A DNA stretch of 64,000 nt, taken from the IMG/VR virus record IMGVR_UViG_3300022752_000014, one strand, 5' to 3'. Shown in pieces: positions 1-6,910 of this stretch. Source of the DNA: a virus (Duplodnaviria > Caudoviricetes). The translations under genes were made by a program, and so were the position numbers. Within the stretch, counting starts at the first letter, position 1. Every line of letters starts with the position of its first letter. Below the pieces are notes generated by a model, which saw only the letters and a list, made by a program, of their open reading frames with translations, made no database searches and was not told where the DNA came from.

Positions 1-909
1 TTGGGCAAACGCATTTTTTACAAGTGTTCTTACATCACCGCTGTTTGCTGCTATATCCTCTGCAAGTTTTGAAGCTTTATCAGCACCAGCCGAACCTCCC
101 TGATCAATTGTAGTTAGTGCAACATTTGCTACCGACGCTTCAAGTGCATTCATACTACCGCCATCACTCCAACTTACCGCATTCGTATCTGATATTCCTG
201 CTGGTATTGGTAGAACAACAGTTCCTATTATTTGTTTATCGCCAATCACTTCTCCACTTTTGATATTAGATGCAACTCTACTTCTTTCCCCAAATCCAAA
301 TGTTTTAGTATTAAATGGTTTGGGGCGATACTTAACCATTTGGAATTTTATAGTATCCTGATCCTCATATCTTAATTTGATTGGATACACTAAAGGACGA
401 GTTCCAGATGCTCCTGGAAAATTATTTCTTGTTTTTGTATTTTCTTTAGCAGTTGTTGATGCTAATAATTGTTTTCCAGTTACACCTGTCTCTGAACCTT
501 TATTTTTAGCAGCGTCCGATAAAACTTTTATTTGTTCTGGGTTTAATTTTGCTTTAGTTGCTGCAGTCACAACTGAACCCTGAGTTGCTTGATTCAATAC
601 TCCATTAGGAGTTTGTAGAGACTTTATGGCAGCTGCTCCTAATATAGGAGTATCGCTATTAGCTGCATTAATAAGTTTCCAACTACCAGCTTTTCCACCC
701 TCGGTTGAAGTTGCTACCGCTTGAAATACTCCAACTGGACTTGGAGTTACTTGATATTGAAGTATTGTTTTTTTGGTTCCTTCTATAATTTTACCATTCG
801 CATCTTTTTCAAACGTAGTCATCGTTTTGAAATTGAGCGGTCTCGTTAATCCTGGAAGTTGGTCTGATTTAATTTGAAAAGGATCACTTGTTAAGGTTTG
901 TGTTGCCAT
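1..909 (-). CDS. gp48: Baseplate tail tube cap (T4 gp48-like), truncated by window edge
   Basis: Open minus-strand frame from ATG at 909 (MATQTLTSDPF...) to position 1. Contains YP...QDTIKFQM and GTVVLPIPAGISDTNAVSW motifs typical of gp48, and lies next to gp4. Confidence 0.75.
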   Translation of the reverse strand, partial: MATQTLTSDPFQIKSDQLPGLTRPLNFKTMTTFEKDANGKIIEGTKKTILQYQVTPSPVGVFQAVATSTEGGKAGSWKLINAANSDTPILGAAAIKSLQTPNGVLNQATQGSVVTAATKAKLNPEQIKVLSDAAKNKGSETGVTGKQLLASTTAKENTKTRNNFPGASGTRPLVYPIKLRYEDQDTIKFQMVKYRPKPFNTKTFGFGERSRVASNIKSGEVIGDKQIIGTVVLPIPAGISDTNAVSWSDGGSMNALEASVANVALTTIDQGGSAGADKASKLAEDIAANSGDVRTLVKNAFAQ

Positions 910-971
910 CAGAACTCCTCCTCAATCACAAGAGGATTAATCATCTCAATTTTTTGTAGAGTATGAGACAT
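909..971 (-). CDS. 20-aa micro-ORF MSHTLQKIEMINPLVIEEEF, coupled to gp48
   Basis: ATG at 971; its TGA overlaps the gp48 ATG (TGATG). Encodes the GAGGAGG SD for gp48; late promoter just upstream. Confidence 0.45.
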   Translation of the reverse strand: MSHTLQKIEMINPLVIEEEF

Positions 972-984
972 TTATAAGGAGTTT

Positions 985-1371
985 TTATTTATTTAGACGG
1001 AATTTTGCATATTGTAGAGATAAAAGTTCGTCAAGTTCTTCATACTTAACAACGTGAAGTTGTCCTGCTAATTCCTGCCAAGTGTAATTTCTTGATTCTC
1101 TCCAGTGGAAATTGATTGCTTTAAATCCCCATTTATAAATTTCAGTGCAAGCAATTAATGGGTGTTGATCATATTCAATATCAGGAGTCTTTGGATTATA
1201 AACAAAGGTGTAAAACTTTCCAACCTCAGGAATCCAAACCTTTTCGGTAAAGATGTCCATAATCAATATCATTATGTCTTCTGGATCTTTGATGTCAAGT
1301 CTACCTACTGCTTCACGAAGTCTTCTAACTCTTGCTGTTGAACCAACATATTGTCCGAATCCTTCTGCCAT
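985..1371 (-). CDS. Short gp2-like (DNA end protector-like) protein
   Basis: GKFYTFVYNPKTPDIEYDQHPLI...GFKAINFHW resembles the gp2 motif Y.F.Y.PK....YD.FPL...GF.G.N.HY; adjacent to gp4. Confidence 0.5.
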   Translation of the reverse strand: MAEGFGQYVGSTARVRRLREAVGRLDIKDPEDIMILIMDIFTEKVWIPEVGKFYTFVYNPKTPDIEYDQHPLIACTEIYKWGFKAINFHWRESRNYTWQELAGQLHVVKYEELDELLSLQYAKFRLNK

Positions 1372-1814
1372 TATTTGATACCTAACTCTTCTTCGGTAAT
1401 GACTTTAAACTCTAGTAATCTATCAGCGCAAAATTCTTTTGCCGCTTTCCATTTTGCTTGATTCACTGCATAGGTTGTGCATTCATAAATGTATGATTTG
1501 GTTGTTCTACTCTTTTTTTGTGGAGGGACAGTTTGCTTCTTTGGTTTTACTTCAATCACATAAGTTTTGATTTGACCAGTGCTTTCTCTGACTTTAATAA
1601 TGAAGTCTGGAAAATATCTATGCACACGATTATCAACTGGCGAAAGATAGGGAATCCAAAACTCTTCACTTCCCCACTCTAAAATACTTTCATTTAAATC
1701 ACACCAATGACAGAAGCGTCTTTCCCAACTGCTTCTACAAATGATATTATTTGGATCTCCCTTATATTTTTTTGGATACGATGGTTTGTATTTACTTTTA
1801 ATACTTTCTGCCAT
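1371..1814 (-). CDS. gp4: Head completion nuclease
   Basis: KYKGDPNNIICRSSWERRFCHWCD...WGSEE..IPY.SP.D.R.HRYFPDF...IEVKP, the TnsA-like gp4 signature. Confidence 0.93.
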   Translation of the reverse strand: MAESIKSKYKPSYPKKYKGDPNNIICRSSWERRFCHWCDLNESILEWGSEEFWIPYLSPVDNRVHRYFPDFIIKVRESTGQIKTYVIEVKPKKQTVPPQKKSRTTKSYIYECTTYAVNQAKWKAAKEFCADRLLEFKVITEEELGIK

Positions 1815-1837
1815 ACATAATATATAAGGTCAAAAAG

Positions 1838-1845
1838 TATTTATA
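1838..1845 (-). promoter_or_regulatory. T4-type late promoter for gp4
   Basis: Plus-strand TATTTATA is TATAAATA on the minus strand, 24 nt upstream of the gp4 ATG. Confidence 0.7.
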
Positions 1846-1846
1846 G

Positions 1847-2728
1847 ATGCCTAGTAACAAAACGGTTTCGCAAATTCAGGCAGCACTATTACATCCAGCT
1901 ACAACATCTCATTTTGAAATAGAAATTCCAAGACCAATAAGTTTAAATGATAAATTTTTAAGTGATAATGGTCTCAACTTTTCAACTGTCAATGAAGGAA
2001 GATTGAAATTGTTGTGTTGTGAGGCATCTTTGCCTGGTTCTAATTTAGCAACTTTAGAACTTACCAATGATTATACTGGAGTTACTGAAAGACATGCTTA
2101 TCGTAGAGTTTATGATGATAGAATTGATTTTACTTTTTATGTTGATGCTGAATATAATTTACCAATACGATTTTTTGAAGTTTGGATGAAATATATCACT
2201 CAAGAAAGTGTAGCGGAAAGAAATGGGTCTTCTTCAAGAAATGCAAATTATTTTTATAGATTTAATTATCCAGACAACTACACAGTTGATCAGGGATTAA
2301 AAATTCATAAATTTGAAAGAAGTAGTTTGGGAGGTGGATCTAAAGGAGTTAAAGCTAGCATTCTGACTTATGAATTCATAAGAGCTTTTCCAATTAGCAT
2401 ATCTTCGATGCCCGTTTCATATGATTCTTCTTCTTTATTAAAGTGTACTGTAAGTATGAGTTACATCAGATATATCGTCGAAAGACTGACAGATCCTCCT
2501 GCGGAACAGGGACAGAATGGAACTCCTTCCACTCCTTTGGAACAAGCAGCGTGGAATAATACTCCTGATTATTTCCTGAATCCGCAGTTTGGGGTGGAAG
2601 GTCCTCAAGGAACTCCAACCCCAAATGACTTTCTTAATATTGGCAATCCCACTCTTGATCAATTTGGAGTCAGAGATCAGTTTGGCAGAGGTGCCGCTGG
2701 AACTGTCGGAGCAAATATTTTGGCATAA
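1847..2728 (+). CDS. Tail tube/baseplate tail-tube initiator (gp54/gp19-like fold)
   Basis: LLCCEASLPG..LAT, RRVYDD.IDFTFYVD, F.RAFPISISSMPVSY...LLKCTVSMSY: a tube-protein family pattern; position between gp4 and gp26. Confidence 0.7.
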   Translation: MPSNKTVSQIQAALLHPATTSHFEIEIPRPISLNDKFLSDNGLNFSTVNEGRLKLLCCEASLPGSNLATLELTNDYTGVTERHAYRRVYDDRIDFTFYVDAEYNLPIRFFEVWMKYITQESVAERNGSSSRNANYFYRFNYPDNYTVDQGLKIHKFERSSLGGGSKGVKASILTYEFIRAFPISISSMPVSYDSSSLLKCTVSMSYIRYIVERLTDPPAEQGQNGTPSTPLEQAAWNNTPDYFLNPQFGVEGPQGTPTPNDFLNIGNPTLDQFGVRDQFGRGAAGTVGANILA

Positions 2729-2750
2729 AAAAAGGATCTCAGTGACCCTT
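2727..2750 (-). terminator. Intrinsic terminator of the inverted two-gene cassette
   Basis: Minus strand AAGGGTC-ACTGA-GATCCTT (7-bp stem with one G-U) followed by a T-run; the ORF stop lies in the loop. Confidence 0.65.
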
Positions 2751-3074
2751 AATGTTCAAATGATCGCAAAATAGTTTTTCAAAAGTATTTGATGCGGAAA
2801 CAGAAGTTGCGTTGTTTGCACCTGCTGCTTTAAGAAATTTTTTTTGAAAATCAATATTGCCACAAGCAAAAGTTGCTGCAGTAATAATCCTATTTGCGTT
2901 TGGAGTATCAATCAAAGAACTAAATTTAGTTCCTGCTTGGGAATCAATGAGTTTAATAAATTGTATTTGCCCAGGAGTGAGTGGGATATCATCATAGTTT
3001 GATGCTATAGCGGGAACAGTAACTGCTGTTCCTAATACTCCAAGAATACTTAAAAAAATATGTTTGTGGTTCAT
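2739..3074 (-). CDS. Hypothetical protein with N-terminal signal peptide
   Basis: MNHKHIFLSILGVLGTAVTVPAIAS has a basic N-terminus, hydrophobic core and AxA-like site; 4-nt overlap with the upstream gene. Confidence 0.7.
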   Translation of the reverse strand: MNHKHIFLSILGVLGTAVTVPAIASNYDDIPLTPGQIQFIKLIDSQAGTKFSSLIDTPNANRIITAATFACGNIDFQKKFLKAAGANNATSVSASNTFEKLFCDHLNIKGH

Positions 3075-3313
3075 GCTTTTTCTTCTTTTTTAGAACTAGA
3101 CAACCCTTTAACAGCAGAGATTACGAGCATATTTGAGAGAAGATACCATACTCCATCAAATCCCACATTAATGCGATGTCGCATTTCTGCGTGTTGTGCT
3201 CCAACTGCAACTGCTTGTTCCAATGCAAAATAATCCTTAAGAGACCAAACTCCAAAATAGGCAGAAAATGCCAGACCTTGCACCAAAACAAGACTATAAA
3301 AAAGTTTTTTCAT
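3071..3313 (-). CDS. Hypothetical two-TM membrane protein (start revised to ATG 3313)
   Basis: MKKLFYSLVLVQGLAFSAYFGVWSL and VWYLLSNMLVISAVKGL are hydrophobic segments. The track's GTG start at 3367 overlaps the promoter. Confidence 0.65.
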   Translation of the reverse strand: MKKLFYSLVLVQGLAFSAYFGVWSLKDYFALEQAVAVGAQHAEMRHRINVGFDGVWYLLSNMLVISAVKGLSSSKKEEKA

Positions 3314-3337
3314 TAGAGGGGTGTTTGTTACTTTATT

Positions 3338-3366
3338 AGTATAGGGCATTTTTTTCTTCTGGTCCA
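3338..3366 (-). promoter_or_regulatory. sigma70-like promoter (TGGACC-N17-TATACT)
   Basis: Minus-strand -35 at 3366-3361 and -10 at 3343-3338, 17-nt spacer, 25 nt upstream of ATG 3313. Confidence 0.6.
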
Positions 3367-3400
3367 CTGCATGTGGACACTTTTCTTCGTGTCCACCCTC

Positions 3401-3408
3401 TATAAATA
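3401..3408 (+). promoter_or_regulatory. Late promoter for gp26 operon
   Basis: Exact TATAAATA upstream of the gp26 ATG. Confidence 0.75.
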
Positions 3409-3436
3409 ATTACACTGAGACACTCTATAGGACATT

Positions 3437-4156
3437 ATGCCTTTACCTAAGATTGCTACGCCAACGTATGAACTTGAATTGCCATCAACAGGAGAGACAA
3501 TTCAATATAGACCTTTTCTAGTTAAGGAAGAAAAACTGCTTGTAATTGCTTTAGAGAGTGAAGATACAAAGCAAATTACGACAGCAATTAAGACCGTCAT
3601 CAAGAATTGTATTCTTACTAAAAATGTAAAAGTAGAATCATTACCTACTTTTGATATTGAATATTTGTTTTTAAATATTCGTGGTAAGTCTGTTGGGGAG
3701 GAGATAGAAGTTAATATCATTTGTCCTGATGACAGTGAAACACAAGTTTCTGTAAAAATTAATCTTGATGATATTGAAGTTCAAAAAAACGAAGAACATT
3801 CAAATAAAATCAAACTTGACAATTCAATTATGATGGAAATGAAATACCCTTCATTAGATCAGTTCATTAAAAATAACTTTGATTTTAATGATAAAAATGC
3901 AATGGACCAATCATTTGAACTGATTGGATCTTGTATTGATAAAATTTTCACTGAAGATGAAGTTTGGTCTACTGCTGATGTAACAAAGAAAGAACTCATA
4001 GAGTTTTTAGAATCAATGAATTCATCACAGTTCAAGGATATTGAAAGATTCTTTGAGACGATGCCCAAACTTTCTCATAAAGTAAAGGTGACTAATCCAA
4101 AAACTGAAGTTGAAAGTGAAGTCGTTATTGAAGGGTTAGCATCTTTTTTCGCATAG
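3437..4156 (+). CDS. gp26: Baseplate hub subunit
   Basis: MPLPKI.TPTYEL.LPS.G..I.YRPFLVKEEK.L; LPTFDIEYLFL.IRGKSVGE; IEGLASFF. Confidence 0.92.
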   Translation: MPLPKIATPTYELELPSTGETIQYRPFLVKEEKLLVIALESEDTKQITTAIKTVIKNCILTKNVKVESLPTFDIEYLFLNIRGKSVGEEIEVNIICPDDSETQVSVKINLDDIEVQKNEEHSNKIKLDNSIMMEMKYPSLDQFIKNNFDFNDKNAMDQSFELIGSCIDKIFTEDEVWSTADVTKKELIEFLESMNSSQFKDIERFFETMPKLSHKVKVTNPKTEVESEVVIEGLASFFA

Positions 4157-4158
4157 CA

Positions 4159-4347
4159 ATGGTCCATATGGACCTTGAGAATTATTTCCGTCTTAACTTT
4201 TCTTTGATGCAATACCATAAATATTCTTTATGGGAGATTGAAAATATGATTCCTTGGGAAAGGGATGTATATGTCGCATTATTACAACAACATCTTGAAG
4301 AAGAAGAGTCAAAACAAAGACAGCAGATGAGCAATGCCCAATTCTAA
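4159..4347 (+). CDS. gp51: Baseplate hub assembly catalyst
   Basis: LENYFRLNFSLMQYHKYSLWEIENMIPWERDVYVALL, directly after gp26. Confidence 0.85.
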   Translation: MVHMDLENYFRLNFSLMQYHKYSLWEIENMIPWERDVYVALLQQHLEEEESKQRQQMSNAQF

Positions 4348-6904
4348 GGACTTAAAAGACCTAGATTCACAACTTAAAAAAACGGTAATCTCTGCTGAAA
4401 GTTTTAAGAGATCCAGTTCATTTGATTCGTCTAAAAGTATTACAAACGTTCATAAGACTATATCTAATCTTGCTGGACACGTTAGAAAAGTTGTCATAAG
4501 AGTTGGTAATTTAGAAAAGACAGTTGAGAATAATTCAAAGAAGATCACAAGTCTTAAAAATATATCGGCACTTCAAGGACCACAAATCAGAGGAACAAAT
4601 ATTGGTGCAAAACTTCCTGGTGGGTCAGTTCAAAGTGTAGATAAAAATATTGCTGCGATTACTGAGTCCGTAAGTTCAATCGCAGAAATATTGGCAGGAA
4701 GAAAAAAACTTGCTGATGATACTGTTGCTTTTGATAGAAAAAAATCAGAGCAAGAGAAAAGAGAACTAGCAGAAAGTAAGTTAGAGAAAAGATTTGATGG
4801 ATTAAAAAGAGCAGCAGAGAAAATTCTTTCACCAGTTAAGAGTATCTTAGATAAGATAATTAACTTCTTGGTGACTGTTTTACTTGGAAGAGTCGTCTAT
4901 AAGTTAATTGACTGGTGGGGTGATCCTAAAAACGCAGGTAAAGTTAAATCTATTATTAGATTTTTAACCGATTGGGGTCCTGCTTTACTTGGTGGGTTTA
5001 TTTTATTCGGAACTAGATTTGGAAAAGGTGTAAGAATTTTAACAAGAATTGCACTATCTGGTATTGCAAAACTTGCTAAGGCAATTCCTTCTCTTCTAAG
5101 ATTTGCTAGGGGAAATCCAAGAACTGCACTTGCACTTGCTGCTGGAACTTATGCTGCTACACAACTAGCAGGAAGAGCGTTCAGTGGTGGAGACGAAAAA
5201 CCACAAGGTCTTGTTGGTGGTGGATATGTAATCCCAAGATTTTCTGGTGGTGGATTAAATTTTGGTAGTTTGTTTAGTGGAATAGGAAACTTCTTTAGTG
5301 GTCTTGTAAGCGGACAAAAAGGAACAGATAAAATTCCTGCAATGCTTACTGATGGTGAATTTGTAATGTCTGCAGGAGCAGTTCAGAAGTATGGTGTAGA
5401 TACACTGGAAGCAATGAACGCTGCTGGTGGTGGGACAAATAAACCTAAGATGATGAGCGGCACTGTATATGCTGCAGGTGGTGGTCCCATAGGAAGAAGT
5501 TTTGGCAACCGTAGTGGTAATAATGATATTCAAAATATAAAAGATTTTATTAAATATAAAATTGGTTATGATGTAGATAAACCTTCTACTTGGGGAACAT
5601 CTTTTCAATCTGCTTTTAGTGCAGGATCAAGACCAAGAAGCAATCAATCTGGATCTGGTATTAATATTGGATCTCTGACTAGAGGTGTTTTAAATCAGGG
5701 ACAGGGTTTGATGAGTCAAGCGGCTCCCACAATTCGCAGTGGAATGAGTCAAGCGCAGGGACTTCTAAATCAAGCACCCCAGTTGCTTTCTCAAGTTAAT
5801 CCTTTAGCACCGATAGGAAAATTTCTCAGCACAACTGATTTGCCTTTTGAAAAACAAGCTTTAAATTATGAAAGGAATTTGAATCTAAAACCTGGAGAGG
5901 GACTGACATCAGAGAATAAAAAAAGAGATGAAGATTTAAAAAGACGTATAACAAAAATGTATGATCCCGACAAAGATACGGGAATACAAGGTGCTTTTAA
6001 AAAAACATATAAAGAGATTGTAAATAAAGGACTTGTTCCAGAAGCAGTATATTCTCCTTTAACAGCACTATTAAAAACAGAACAAAGTGATAAATTAGTA
6101 TCAAAACTTACTAACGGAAAAATAAAACATTTGAGCGCAGCTATTACTGGTCTGCAGTATGTTATGAAAGGATTTATGGGCCCTTTGGGGAGACCATTTC
6201 AAATTGATACTCAAGGTCTAGGAAGATATCAGAGATCTTTGATGCTAGAAGCACAAAGACAAGGGCATGGAGCTGTAGGAGCAAGAGCATTCGGGCAAGA
6301 AAAATATGATAAAATGCAAGAACAATCTATGGGAAGTAAAATGTTTGCGAAACTTGCAAACTATGCCCTGGGACAAAATATATTTACTGTAGATAAAAGA
6401 GGAAGAGCAACAACAACCGATACTTGGGATTCATCTACTCAAGATTTAAAAGGTTATGTAAAAGATACGAAGAGTGGTTTAAAGAGTTTTGGTGATTTTC
6501 TTCAGGGGAAAAATCCACAGGGTTATAAAGGATTGGGTGAGGCTGCTTTTAAAGGTGGTTCTGGACTTTTGAGAATGATGCAAAATACTCCTTGGGCAAA
6601 TTTACATCCTGGTGGTGTTGAAGTTGATTTGGGTGGAGGATTTAAACCAACAGACTCAAGAGGAAATGTCTTAAGTTCTCAACAAATTAGACAAGCAAAT
6701 AGGACTAGATCAAATGTAAGACCTGTTAAACCCCCATCAAAACCGGCAGTTATATACAAGTATTCGCAACCTACAAATAAAAATCAAATGTCCCCCATTT
6801 ATAAAACTGCTTCTCCCAAAGTTCCAAGTTTTAGTGCAACTACTAGAGGGTCTAGTGCTAAGGCAAATACGCTAGGTATTCCAAATCAGGCTTCTTACAG
6901 GTAA
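4334..6904 (+). CDS. Tape-measure-like/baseplate hub-associated protein (856 aa)
   Basis: Coiled-coil N-terminus, hydrophobic helices and a GTDKIPAMLTDGEFVM..GAVQKYG motif seen in tape-measure-type proteins; follows gp51. Confidence 0.5.
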   Translation: MPNSKDLKDLDSQLKKTVISAESFKRSSSFDSSKSITNVHKTISNLAGHVRKVVIRVGNLEKTVENNSKKITSLKNISALQGPQIRGTNIGAKLPGGSVQSVDKNIAAITESVSSIAEILAGRKKLADDTVAFDRKKSEQEKRELAESKLEKRFDGLKRAAEKILSPVKSILDKIINFLVTVLLGRVVYKLIDWWGDPKNAGKVKSIIRFLTDWGPALLGGFILFGTRFGKGVRILTRIALSGIAKLAKAIPSLLRFARGNPRTALALAAGTYAATQLAGRAFSGGDEKPQGLVGGGYVIPRFSGGGLNFGSLFSGIGNFFSGLVSGQKGTDKIPAMLTDGEFVMSAGAVQKYGVDTLEAMNAAGGGTNKPKMMSGTVYAAGGGPIGRSFGNRSGNNDIQNIKDFIKYKIGYDVDKPSTWGTSFQSAFSAGSRPRSNQSGSGINIGSLTRGVLNQGQGLMSQAAPTIRSGMSQAQGLLNQAPQLLSQVNPLAPIGKFLSTTDLPFEKQALNYERNLNLKPGEGLTSENKKRDEDLKRRITKMYDPDKDTGIQGAFKKTYKEIVNKGLVPEAVYSPLTALLKTEQSDKLVSKLTNGKIKHLSAAITGLQYVMKGFMGPLGRPFQIDTQGLGRYQRSLMLEAQRQGHGAVGARAFGQEKYDKMQEQSMGSKMFAKLANYALGQNIFTVDKRGRATTTDTWDSSTQDLKGYVKDTKSGLKSFGDFLQGKNPQGYKGLGEAAFKGGSGLLRMMQNTPWANLHPGGVEVDLGGGFKPTDSRGNVLSSQQIRQANRTRSNVRPVKPPSKPAVIYKYSQPTNKNQMSPIYKTASPKVPSFSATTRGSSAKANTLGIPNQASYR

Positions 6905-6910
6905 TAAAAG

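Noticed and set aside
3314-3367. GTG start extension of the 98-aa ORF
   Set aside because: The extension covers the -35 and -10 boxes of the minus-strand promoter; ATG 3313 is more plausible.
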